Source of the DNA: Hormiphora californensis
Lineage: Eukaryota > Animalia > Ctenophora
Assembly (NCBI GenBank): GCA_020137815.1
Contig: CM035356.1
Span: forward strand, 3,782,001-3,846,000
Length of the DNA: 64,000 nucleotides
Reading direction: 5' to 3'
Shown here: positions 1 through 12,438 of the stretch, in pieces
Layout: every line of letters starts with the position of its first letter
Position numbering within the stretch: position 1 is the stretch's first letter
Program-made: the position numbers and the translations under genes
The notes under the pieces: generated by a model
Told to the model about the DNA's origin: nothing
What the model saw: only the letters and a program-made list of their open reading frames with translations
The model's database searches: none

Positions 1-62
1 TCTCAAATCACCGACGGGTGCTACCCCGTACTTTATGTTATAGTAGGAGTAGATTGAACTAC

Positions 63-234
63 CGTCTGTTAATTCCGTCTTTAGGCCTTTTATTTTTCCC
101 GACGTAGCCGTAGTTATGATTAGATTGTTGTCTCCCGGCAAGTAGAGCACTAGGACCACGACAATAGCAGCAGCAATAGCGATGCAACATGCTACTGAGA
201 TGCCAATGATGATCTTGATTTTCTGGGACACCAT
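63..234 (-). CDS. First coding exon of a probable type II (signal-anchored) membrane protein; the gene continues left of the window
   Basis: ATG at 234 gives MVSQKIKIIIGISVACCIAIAAAIVVVLVLYLPGDNNL...KTELTD: short basic N-terminus, then an approximately 25-aa hydrophobic segment. A GT donor follows 63 (phase 1), and a ttatag acceptor lies 10 nt upstream of the ATG. Confidence 0.65.
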
Positions 235-2752
235 AGTTGGGAGTCTATAACAGGGAATTATCGGGTTGTTAGTTTTCTTAGCTAACGCTCAAAGAAAGAA
301 TATTGTTTACACTTCAAACGACACAAGGGACGGTTAATATTCAATTTAACACAAACAAGGCTGCAAGAAATATGCAATACTAAAGATCGTTAATGTAATG
401 AAAGAAAGCTCCCTCTACGCTGTATACAACTAAAGCGAAAGTTCGCAAAGTTTCTGCCAATTAAGCATGTAAAGTGTAACAAGCTATAGCAACGAGTCAG
501 TATTGTTCCACAAGTCACACACAACTTTGAGCAAAGGTGGAGCGCGCGAGTTCTCACTTGTAGAGAAGAGCGCGCGTTGTCCTGGTGACCAACCTACCGT
601 AAACAGGGTGGCCCCAAAATCAACGGACAACGCCTGCAAACGACAAAACAAAACTGTAATTGGTAAAGCGGTGGCCAGTTAGAACTGTTAAGAAATGCAA
701 ATGGCTTTGTTTGGCTTGCACATTAATTAAAGATGGCAGCATTCCAATACTCCGGTCGGACACCGATTTATTGGAACCCCGATTTAGCAGCTACCGATGA
801 TTATTGATCCCACAATCCACACTTAGCAGTTAGCACAGGAGGGTATGAAACTTTGAATCTTAGAAACTGAAACAAACTAGATATGAAACAAGAAAACATA
901 ACATAGTTGAGACTGATTGCCATGCTCGACCCTCATTCAGTTTCATTCGTACAACTCAACAAGTGACACTGACATGCTACTTTGCCGTTGACAAAATAAA
1001 CAAGACGCAAAATAAACAAAATTAGTGGACACGTACAATGTACATACACTTCAGAATCAGAGTACAGAAGGACTATTTGGCAATCAAATATCAATTTCAC
1101 TGTTTCATCCAGCACCTGTCTGGCACTCGTCTCTAGAGAAATCTGTATGGCGGCGCCATACCCCATCAGATGGGTCGCGGCGCCAGACATAGAGAAATCG
1201 AAGTTTGAAAAGCAACCTAACGTTGAACTTTCATGCCAGAGGGACCCTCAGTCCCTCAACCGTAACGGTAACCCTTACCATGCATCATGACCCGAAGGTT
1301 ATGGACTAGTGAGTAGGTACTATGCCCTATGGAGCAATCAAGATAAGCCTGGTGCGACCCTTAGTCGTGGTCAGGGACGCGAATAAAAACGTCACCACTA
1401 GGTCACCATTAGATCACGATTAGATCACGATGACTCATGAATACTTATAATTTCTTGGTTTATCGATATGCTCCCATTCCAACCAAATATAACCGAGAAG
1501 AACCATTGAAAATCTAAACAGCAATGAACAATTATAATCTATCCGGCATCCTCTGAAAGCTGTAATTGCTGGATAACAACCTTAATGTTGACTGCAAGCT
1601 GCATGTGCATCAAGATGTGTACTATACCTACAAACACACAACACGTACAATACGACTATAGACGCAAGACTACATATAGTGTAAAACGGTGTACCGTCTA
1701 TGGAAGAATGAGAGGGGGACCGGGAAGTACATGACATTGTACTACGTAGATACCAACTACAATAAAAGTTGTGCGGGACTCTCTTTACTCTCCAGCTCTA
1801 TACCCTCTACCAGTTATGTTCCTGCCTTCTGACTCTTGTCCTGATACTGAGAGATGAATGCAACTTGTACAGAGACAAGTTCAGCCAGCGATCAGATTGG
1901 ATCAATGCCGCCACACAGCAACTTGAAGAGTACACTTTGAGCTAAAAGACTGGTGCTAGAAGTAGAAAGTAGGAAGCATATCATAGGTAAATAAATAAAA
2001 GAGCAAAGTGAGGTTCATTCCGTTGGAATGTGCACCAACAATGCCCCTTTCTACGCTTTTATCGATCAACAAACTAGATTAAGGAAAATTGTGTTCTTGA
2101 TTTTTTCAGTTGTGACGTAATTCAATACCATTTCTTGGATTGTCTTATGAGATTTCCAATGATCATTATTCAAGAATGTGATTTCTTTGGATGTGTAACC
2201 AGGGTGTGAACTGCATGTCGTGTTTGCTAGTCGCGAGCGCGCTTGCGAGACAAGCAAACACGTCAAGGTTCATTAACAAGCATGCTGCTCAGTCATTTTA
2301 GATTTAATACACAATGTAAGGATACCATGTAATAGGTGAGACTCTTGCCGTCACCCTCGTTCAAGTCCCGTGAAAAACGGAGCAGTACACGCAAACTGAT
2401 GCCCATTTTCCTCGCGTGACCCCGATTCAGCAGTTTGAGACACCAACTCTTTAGGGGGCCATATCTCAGGAACCAGACAAGATAGGAAAAATCGCCGTCT
2501 AATGAGGCGTACAGTTTTTAATCTAGTTTACCACTGTACCGGCCGTTTCACTCTCCGACCTAAAACAAAAATCGCAACCCCACAAAACTTCAAAATAATG
2601 AAATTCGCATCTCGCATGTCGTGTTGCATGTCGTGTCATGTTATTGACGCGCTCGCGTTCAACTCTCACACAGCAGCTGCAGAACGTGGCGGGAAACATC
2701 GAGGAGTAGAGAGAGGGTCGGTGCCGAATCAAATATTTCTTGATCTTGATCT

Positions 2753-4369
2753 ACTCCATCTCTCAGCTATCCTACCCCTCATCAACTCGATCTCTCAGCT
2801 ACCCTACCCCTCATCTACTCCATCTTTCAGCTACCCTACCCCTCATCTACTCCATCTTTCAGCTACCCTACCCCTTATCTAGTCCATCTCTCAGCTACCC
2901 TACTCCTCATCTACTCAATCTCTCAGCTTCCCTATTAGGGAAGCATAGAGATGGAAACGATTAGGGGTAGGGAATCCCTATCCATAATCGTTTCCATCTC
3001 TATGCTTCCCTAGCCCTCATCAACTCCATCTTTCAGCGACCCTACCCCTAATCTAGTCCATCTCTCCGCGACCCTACTCCTCATCTACTCCATCTCTCAG
3101 CTTCCCTACCTCCCATTTACTCCATCTCTCAGCTTCCCTACCTCCCATTTACTCCATCTCTCAGCTTACCTACCTCCCATTTACTCCATATCTCAGCTTC
3201 CCTACCTGCCATTTACTCCATCTCTCAGATACCCTACCTCCCATTTACTCCATCTCTCAGCTTACCTACCTCCCATTTACTCCATCTCTCAGCTTCCCTA
3301 CCTCCCATTCACTCCATCTCTCAGCTTCCCTACCTCCCATTTACTCCATCTCTCAGCTACCCTACCTCCCATTCACTCCATCTCTCAGCTACCCTACCTC
3401 CCATTTACTCCATCTCTCAGCTTCCCTACCTCCCATTTACTCCATCCCTCAGCTTCCCTACCTCCCATTTACTCCATCCTTGCCTCCCATTTACTCCATC
3501 TCTCAGCTACCCTACCTCCCATTCACTCCATCTCTCAACTACCCTACCTCCCATTTACTCCATCTCTCAGCTTCCCTACCTCCCATTTACTCCATCTCTC
3601 AGCTTCCCTACCTCCCATTTACTCCATCCCTCAGCTTCCCTACCTCCCATTTACTCCATCTCTCAGCTTCCCTACCTCCCATTTACTCCATCTCTCAGCT
3701 ACCCTACCTCCCATTTACTTCATCTCTCAGCTTCCCTACCTCCCATTTACTCCATCTCTCAGCTTCCCTACCTCCCATTTACTCCATCGCTTACCTTCCC
3801 TACCTCCCATTTACTCCATCTCTCAGCTTCCCTACCTCCCATTTACTCCATTTCTCAGCTTCCCTACCTCTCATTTACTCCATCTCTCAGCTACCCTACC
3901 TCCCATTTACTCCATCTCTCAGCTTCCCTACCTCCCATTTACTCCATCTCTCAGCTACCCTACCTCCCATTTACTCCATCGCTCAGCTTCCCTACCTCCC
4001 ATTTACTCCATCTCTCAGCTACCTTACCTTCTATTTACTCCATCTCTCAGCTTCCCTACCTCCCATTTACTCCATCTCTCAGCTACCCTAGCTCCCATTT
4101 ACTCCATCTATCAGCTACCCTACCTCCCATTTACTCCATCTCACAGCTACCTTACCTCCCATTTACTCCATCTCTCAGCTTACCTACCTCCCATTTACTC
4201 CATCTCTCAGCTACCCTACCTCCCATTCACTCCATCTCTCAGCTACCCTACCTCCCATTTACTCCATCTCTCAGCTTCCCTACCTCCCATTTACTCCATC
4301 CCTCAGCTACCCTACCTCCCATTTGATCCATATCTCAGCTTCCCTACCTCCCATTTACTCCATCTCTCA
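2753..4369 (+). repeat. 32-bp minisatellite array, left arm of the foldback element
   Basis: Tandem units of about ctccatctctcagct(t/a)ccctacctcccattta, interrupted near 2930-3012 by an internal hairpin. Confidence 0.95.
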
Positions 4370-4390
4370 TTTATCCTAACATTCCTACCC

Positions 4391-5980
4391 CTGAGAGATG
4401 GAGTAAATGGGAGGTAGGGAAGCTGAGAGATGAAGTAAATGGGTGGTAGGGTAGCTGAGAGATGGAGTAAATGGCAGCTAGGGAAGCTTAGAGATGGAGT
4501 AAATGGGAGGTAGGGAAGCTGAGAGATGGAGTAAATGGGAGGTAGGTAAGCTGAGAGATGGAGTAAATGGGAGGTAAAGTAGCTGAGATATGGAGTAAAT
4601 GGGAGCTAGGGTAGCTGAGAGATGGAGTAAATGGGAGCTAGGGTAGCTGAGAGATGGAGTAAATGGGAGGTAGGGAAGCTGAGAGATGGAGTAAATAGAA
4701 GGTAAGGTAGCTGAGAGATGGAGTAAATGGGAGGTAGGGAAGCTGAGCGATGGAGTAAATGGGAGGTAGGGTAGCTGAGAGATGGAGTAAATGGGAGGTA
4801 GGGAAGCTGAGAGATGGAGTAAATGGGAGGTAGGGTAGCTGAGAGATGGAGTAAATGAGAGGTAGGGAAGCTGAGAAATGGAGTAAATGGGAGGTAGGGT
4901 AGCTGAGAGATGGAGTAAATGGGAGGTAGGGTAGCTGAGAGATGGAGTAAATGGGAGGTAGGGAAGGTAAGCGATGGAGTAAATGGGAGGTAGGGAAGCT
5001 GAGAGATGGAGTAAATGGGAGGTAGGGAAGCTGAGAGATGAAGTAAATGGGAGGTAGGGTAGCTGAGAGATGGAGTAAATGGGAGGTAGGGAAGCTGAGA
5101 GATGGAGTAAATGGGAGGTAGGGAAGCTGAGGGATGGAGTAAATGGGAGGTAGGGAAGCTGAGAGATGGAGTAAATGGGAGGTAGGGAAGCTGAGAGATG
5201 GAGTAAATGGGAGGTAGGGTAGTTGAGAGATGGAGTGAATGGGAGGTAGGGTAGCTGAGAGATGGAGTAAATGGGAGGCAAGGATGGAGTAAATGGGAGG
5301 TAGGGAAGCTGAGGGATGGAGTAAATGGGAGGTAGGGAAGCTGAGAGATGGAGTAAATGGGAGGTAGGGTAGCTGAGAGATGGAGTGAATGGGAGGTAGG
5401 GTAGCTGAGAGATGGAGTAAATGGGAGGTAGGGAAGCTGAGAGATGGAGTGAATGGGAGGTAGGGAAGCTGAGAGATGGAGTAAATGGGAGGTAGGTAAG
5501 CTGAGAGATGGATTAAATGGGAGGTAGGGTATCTGAGAGATGGAGTAAATGGCAGGTAGGGAAGCTGAGATATGGAGTAAATGGGAGGTAGGTAAGCTGA
5601 GAGATGGAGTAAATGGGAGGTAGGGAAGCTGAGAGATGGAGTAAATTTGGGAGGTAGGGTAGCTGAGAGATGGAGTAGATGAGGAGTAGGGTCGCTGAAA
5701 GATGGAGTTGATGAGGGCTAGGGAAGCATAGAGATGGAAACGATTATGGATAGGGATTCCCTACCCCTAATCGTTTCCATCTCTATGCTTCCCTAATAGG
5801 GAAGCTGAGAGATTGAGTAGATGAGGAGTAGGGTAGCTGAGAGATGGACTAGATAAGGGGTAGGGTAGCTGAAAGATGGAGTAGATGAGGGGTAGGGTAG
5901 CTGAAAGATGGAGTAGATGAGGGGTAGGGTAGCTGAGAGATCGAGTTGATGAGGGATAGGATAGCTGAGAGATGGAGTAG
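4391..5980 (-). repeat. 32-bp minisatellite array, inverted right arm of the foldback element
   Basis: Tandem ctgagagatggagtaaatgggaggtaggg(a/t)ag units, the reverse complement of the left array. Confidence 0.95.
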
Positions 5981-7134
5981 ATCAAGATCAAGAAATATTT
6001 GATTCGGCACCGACCCTCTCTCTACTCCTCGATGTTTCCCGCCACGTTCTGCAGCTGCTGTGTGAGAGTTGAACGCGAGCGCGTCAATAACATGACACGA
6101 CATGCAACACGACATGCGAGATGCGAATTTCATTATTTTGAAGTTTTGTGGGGTTGCGATTTTTGTTTTAGGTCGGAGAGTGAAACGGCCGGTACAGTGG
6201 TAAACTAGATTAAAAACTGTACGCCTCATTAGACGGCGATTTTTCCTATCTTGTCTGGTTCCTGAGATATGGCCCCCTAAAGAGTTGGTGTCTCAAACTG
6301 CTGAATCGGGGTCACGCGAGGAAAATGGGCATCAGTTTGCGTGTACTGCTCCGTTTTTCACGGGACTTGAACGAGGGTGACGGCAAGAGTCTCACCTATT
6401 ACATGGTATCCTTACATTGTGTATTAAATCTAAAATGACTGAGCAGCATGCTTGTTAATGAACCTTGACGTGTTTGCTTGTCTCGCAAGCGCGCTCGCGA
6501 CTAGCAAACACGACATGCAGTTCACACCCTGGTAACAGACTTCCATACAAAAAGAAAACCACTATGCATTTCCTGTAGAACGAGGAAGAAGTACCGTAGG
6601 TTCACGTGTTATAGGGTAGCAGCCGCTTGGTACTCACTGACTACTGATCAGCTAATTGCATGCACCAGGAGAGCCAGAAAGGTGGAGCCTAGCTGTGTAA
6701 CTGTAAACCTCCTGATAGAGCTGGCCAGGGTAGTATGATAATCAAATGGTTCTTTGATTTACTCAGTGGATAACCGTGATGGCACTGCCGCCTGCTCAGT
6801 TTTGTCAGTGCACTCAGATTCTAGGAAAATGTTATTACCGCTTCTCACTCGGAATACAAGGCATTATTACCGCCTCTCTCAATATTCAATAACCCGGATT
6901 ACAACGCATTGTCTCGCTAGAAACATACGGAGTGCATTGTCTAGATCTCAACAATTATCCAGCTGCTCTTCCCTTAATTCCATCTCAAACAAAAGAGCTG
7001 GTTGGTAAATAAAGGAAACTAGGGAGGTGCCTCCCGCTCAAAAGGGGGTCACACGGACTACAGGCTAACTTCCGTTCGATCCTTTAAATGAGATCTTGAA
7101 GTGTAGATTGTGAGAGTTACAAGTTAGAATTGTC

Positions 7135-10100
7135 ATGTTGATTTTTGTGTTGTTTCTGATCACTCTCTCCGAGGGTCTGGATCTAACGAGAGATAGGGTA
7201 AGGAACACGGTTTACATTGCTTCAGACCCCCCCCCCCCCTTGATATGATACACTGTCCTTTACATGTTCCCACTGGGAATCCCGTCTGTCGGCTCACACA
7301 CCGGACCTTCGGCCCGGTGTGTGCTTACGCGAGCCCGAATGACTGCGTAGCATGGCAACCCCGTTCCTCGTAAAGTTACCACCACTGTGAGGGACATTAT
7401 AGCTTGTTTATAATACCTCTCGCTCACCTCCTCCTTATTCATAAAAAACCCTCTCCTTCTCCCTCACAGAATGCGCTATTGTCCGTGTTACGAAACTCCG
7501 GGATGTCCCTCGGTGAGATGCGCCTCAGAAGAGGTCTACTTCGTGGTGCAGAGAGGCTGGTTAGATTCCACAATGCCAATCCTGGTAAATTGTACTCCAT
7601 GGCACTCAACAAATTCTCCCTGATGGTAGGTGATTTGTGAGTCACGCCCTACATCTTCGATCACTGCTGTAGAAGTTTTGTTGTTCTGCTAGAACCGAAT
7701 CAAACTTGGTACTTTTAGGTACTACTTATTAACTGATTTATGGCTCATAGTTCAGGAGATTATAAATGTTCCCATAACTATGAGTCATGATCCTATCTCT
7801 CAACTGCCACAGACACAGCAAGAGAAATCTCTCCACCTTGGTATAGAGAATGGAACTCTATCCGTGGCCCTCCCGGCACCCCCATCCCTTACAGGCCCTG
7901 CTGGCACTGTCCCAACTGGAGGGGAAATGATCGTCGACCATAGGAAACTGGTAGGTTGTAAGGACTTCTTATGGGTTACAGGGCATCTTTTGTTGTGTTC
8001 TAACCCTCTTTATTAGAGAAGGTCGAGCAAGGTAATATAATAATAAGTAATGGCAGAGCACACTGTACGCGCTCAAATTCTAACTCGTTAAACCCCCGTA
8101 GGGTCATGTCTCTCCAGTAATTGAGCAAGGTGGTTGTGGTAGTTGCTGGGCAGTTTCTTCAGCCGCAGCTTTTGAGGGGTCCTATGCCATAGCAACCGGA
8201 ATTCTGAAATCTTTCAGTGCTAAGGTCAGTGAAAATCAGGCAAACCTCGATTTATCGAACGGGTAAATTTCCCCCGACATACCGTACATTTCCCCTCCCC
8301 CAAAGAGTCCGGTAAATCGAGGTAAATTGACTGTACTGACTGATTAAACAGGGGAGAAAGTGATAATCATGATTATCACTTTCTCCCTGTCCAACAACCC
8401 GACATCACACCTTACTTCCAATACCAACAGAATAGCATTGCAGTTCCACTAGTGATGATTGTTGTTTGATACTTTCAGGAGTTATTGGATTGTACCTATG
8501 AAGGGGGTTGGAGGGATGGATGCTCAGGTGGTCACCCTAACAGTGCCTTCAAGTATATCAAACGAAAGGGAAGACTCGGAACTGCTCGGGACATCCCATA
8601 TGACCCGTACGGTAAGCATAGTGCAAAGTAGAACATGCATGGAGTCATGCCACCATTTCCCCATTAACAAATGGAGAGTAACTCAGTTACTCTCCATGTG
8701 TTAGTTACTAACTGTTAGAGTGCCATTATACCACCCGGAAATTTCGTCCAGATGGACCCTGTTCTCGATGGGAAAATAAGGAAAATGGAATCAAGAATGC
8801 GATATTTGTTGGGTATTATAACAGTAAGGACTTGGCTAAAACTCTCAAAAGCTTCACTCCTGTCACTATATTTACAGTGCAGGATGATCTTTTTAAATAC
8901 AGGTACAATACTACTCTAACTCAATCGGGATTCGGGGGATCCTAGGGGATTACTCAAAAATTAAATATGGTAACATCCGGCGTTGAACGTCCACAGAGTA
9001 ACCACCAAGCCTGGTTACACTTACCAACTAAATCCTAACTCCTCACCCCATTTTAGTAAAACTAAACTAATTATTAACCCCCTGACAGTGAGGGTATTTA
9101 CACGGGCTGCGCTAAGAAGACTTCACCCAATCACGGGGCCATCATGACGGGGTATTCAGTTGCTTTCTGGGAGGTAAAAAACAGGTACATTTTATACATT
9201 CTCTAGCTGTCTAGCGGTGCTGACCCCGTTTCTCGATCTGTGCAGCGCCGCCAGACACTTCTATAAATCTTAAATTTGGTAATCAGGTATCAAATGATAA
9301 ACAATGTAATAATATGTCCCTTGAATCTTGATTTGATAGATTTTATATTATATAATTCCAGTTGGGGAACAGACTGGGGCAACAAGGGCTTCTTCCGGGT
9401 GTCCCGGATAGGTGATGTTTGTGGAATCACATCCAGAATTATCTACCCAGCAGTCGTTTATCAGGTATAAAAGCAAGTAGTATAGCCAGCAGTCGTCTGT
9501 CAGGTAGACAGAAGGTATTTGTGAGAGGTTTGTATTCTGCCGAATGGGTCGCCCAACCCTCAAAATCAAATTGCTTCTTCTAACAGTGCGACCGGACCCT
9601 ATTCTACACCTCACAGTTGCCTCCTGTGTGGGTCACTGTGTCGAACCAGCTCATTTTCATGATTTGGTACGGCATTGAAATTATTTATTTACCGTATAGG
9701 ACAGGGGAGAGAAAGACAGGGCGGATACAGAGGACCAAGATGAGGGGGATCTGAGGAATGCGGCTGCTGGTCACCTTACAAAGTTATCCAATGGGAGACG
9801 GGTTATGGAGGGCACGGATGGGGATGTGAGCACTTGTTTCTCAATCGGGTAAAAATTCCAAATCCTCGGATTTCACTATCTCTCTATCTCCCTCTGTGCT
9901 ACTGCCAGTGCTACTTAGCACTCGCTGTCCCCTCCCTGTAACTCCCAATCACGCATGTTTTAGGCCCACCCGGAACCCCTCTGTAGTAGTTTCGTTGGGT
10001 AAGACTGTCCCTGTTTCCCGTGTGGAGATAACAGTGAAGGGACCTGCAGCTGTTGGACTGAAGGGCAGCAAGGTTCATATTGGAAACCGCGGTAAGGTGT

Positions 10101-10685
10101 CGTCATCAATTCACAATTTGACTTATTTCCTGCAATCGTACATACCCTGTCCGCTTCCTTGAAAAAAGAGAGCTGGACAAGCTGGGGTCTAATCGATAGC
10201 TGGATCATATTGTCAAACAACATCTCACAACTCCGACCTTATTACAGGTGACTTCCTGGATCGACGGGTAGGTGTTTTGGACGCCCCAACAGATTACCAC
10301 GACCTTTACAATGTCTTCACAGTCGAGGTCGACCCCCCAATGGAGGGTAGCAGGCTATTTTGGGAGATATACGGGGAGGGAAGCCTAGCTGCTTGTGAAA
10401 TTAGAGTTCTCACAACGGCCAAGGAGGATGGTGGTAAGTCAAATGATTGTGATTGTGAAGGTTGCGTTGAGACAATGGGGATGGAAATATTAATAATACA
10501 CACATGAGAGAGGCTGTGCATTTTAGTATGGTGCCGTTCAAGAGCCCTGAATAACATCTGGTAGGCTTGACTAATGTGATGCTTCGCCCAACCTAATTCC
10601 CCTGGATGTTTCAGGTTCAGATGGATGTCCAAGTGGGTTAACCAGATGTATCGATGGAGCATGCAGACACAAACACATGTGTTAG
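7135..10685 (+). CDS. Papain-family (C1A, cathepsin L-like) cysteine protease preproenzyme with a C-terminal F-type-lectin-like domain and 4-Cys tail; 12 exons, about 498 aa
   Basis: Exons 7135-7197, 7470-7625, 7813-7950, 8102-8224, 8479-8611, 8752-8902, 9089-9184, 9362-9464, 9700-9848, 9964-10091, 10248-10433, 10615-10685; all GT-AG and phase-compatible (1497 nt). Signal peptide MLIFVLFLITLSEG. I29-like propeptide (RFHNANPGKLYSMALNKFSLMT). Catalytic motifs QGGCGSCWA, DGCSGG, NHG and KNSWGTDWG. Confidence 0.9.
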
Positions 10686-10958
10686 GACACGATCAGACAC
10701 ATAAAGACGTGGAGCTGTGGAGCTGTGGAGCTGGGAATTTATCAGAAATGTTTTTTATAGATGAATTTAAATTTTATCAAGCTTAGTATAGGTATTGGTT
10801 TTGTGTTGACTGTTCTAAAATCCATTCAAATTAGGACTCTCCAGATTTATTTTCGGCTTTAGACCCCTCTTCAATGAATCCATGAAGAGTCTTCATGGAT
10901 TCAATTTCATACATGCCTGTTTTCGTTCCACATGGGTTAGCTGGTAATGTTATCTTCA

Positions 10959-10972
10959 GGAGAGAGAGAGAA

Positions 10973-11038
<66 letters not shown>

Positions 11039-11155
11039 AGGAGGGAGAGAGAGAGAGTGAGTAGAGAGAGAGAGAGAGAGAGAGAAGAGAGAGAGAGAAA
11101 GAGGAGAGTGAGAGAGAGTGAGAGAGAGAGAGAGAGAGAGAAGAGAGAAAGAGGG
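10959..11155. repeat. (GA)n microsatellite
   Basis: Interrupted GA dinucleotide run. Confidence 0.95.
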
Positions 11156-12438
11156 GGTGAGTGATATGTTAAATATAGATAGAGAGAGGCTAGGCTGCCT
11201 GGCTGCAGCATAGTGTGGTAGCCATGACAACAATTTGGTATAAGGAAAGTATTAGGCAACTCCAGTGTCCACGTTATCATCATAATCTTGACTCTTTTGA
11301 TTTCGTTGTTGACGGCGAAGCCTAAAAATATTAATTTTCTGCCCTAGGATCCGGATAGTTTATTAGAAAGACTGGGAAAATGTCAATCAAACTGAGTGGA
11401 ACCATTGATTATTGAATCACTTATTCGATATGCAGCATATCGAATAAGTGATTCAATAAGCATATCATATGCTTTTAAAAGTCCTTAGCCTAATCGAATC
11501 AGATGACATTTTGACATGCTAGATCTTCGACTTTGAAAATAGATGATATGGCGTCAACATGATAAGGCAAGGAGAGATCTGCAGCTGCGAGAGATATGTC
11601 TCATGGATCCTATCTGGCGGCGCCAGACTCCGATTTGATGGGGTCTGCGGCGCCAGACAGATCTGGGTGGATATCCACAATTCGTGGATAGTGATTTGAG
11701 TGTGATTGAGTGTGCTTGCCATGCCTTGTGTTTTTATGTACAGTCCCATCTACATAAATCATTTTTGCTTTCTCTCTCTCTCTCCTATTACCTCTCTTAA
11801 GCTATATCTGTGGTACAACTACAAGCATGCATCAAGCATTGTGTGCTACCCTCCTCAGCGTATTCTTTTTGTTTCCATCTCTGACTCTTGAGGTTTCTCT
11901 CTCTCCCCCTCTAGTCTCCCTTCTTACTCTAATACTCTGACCTAATTGTTCTCAAGCTGATATTCGTTATTCACCGGCCCCTTCGCTCTTTCTCTCAATC
12001 TCTCTCCGGGCCGCCCTGCTTTCTCAGAGTCGATTCATAATATTTTCCTTGCATCCTAACTCTTTATATTAACTGTTTAAAACTTTTACAAACATGATTT
12101 TGTCACCTTCGCTTCGGATGTGCCTCTCCTGCATACTGATACAACGTTTGTAACTCAATTTTTCATGTGTCGTTCTACATCTGTCTCAATTTCTCGACCC
12201 TTGGCAGAAAGTTTCTTACTTTGAGAGAAGATGTCACTGTTTCCCTATCTTATACCCAATATATTACTTTATCAGTTCACCATGCTCTGAGTCTGTGTAA
12301 ATCAAATATACAGTTGCTTTGTTGATTTTGTTGAAAATCTAATGCCACCACCCTAAAACCGTTCTGGCTCTCTTCTTATTAAGAATCTTAACCTCGCCTG
12401 CAGCTACAACATACATTCCCCGCTCTATATAGTGTTAC

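Larger units (their letters stand above)
2200..6531. mobile_element. Non-autonomous foldback-type DNA transposon, 4.33 kb, almost entirely inverted repeat
   Basis: Termini CAGGGTGTGAACTGCATG...CATGCAGTTCACACCCTG, flanked by GTAAC on both sides (2195-2199, 6532-6536). Mirror ORFs 2502-2882(+)/5849-6229(-) and 2740-2964/5767-5991 share the coordinate sum 8731. No transposase ORF. Confidence 0.9.

Noticed and set aside
1600-2199. Possible gene disrupted by the foldback insertion
   Set aside because: Rejoining the empty site gives only a short, featureless ORF of about 47 aa, with no consistent exon chain.
2753-5980. Repeat array as a CRISPR-like locus
   Set aside because: Units are contiguous with no unique spacers, there are no cas genes, and the context is eukaryotic.
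2502-6229. Long ORFs in the foldback element (126, 203 and 267 aa)
   Set aside because: They are mirror-image products of the palindrome and of a stop-poor 32-bp repeat cycling through frames. No transposase motifs.
10831-11321. Possible terminal exons of a - strand gene flanking the (GA)n tract
   Set aside because: Two acceptor-like sites and open frames exist, but joining them needs a weak GC donor and I found no upstream exons. Unresolved.
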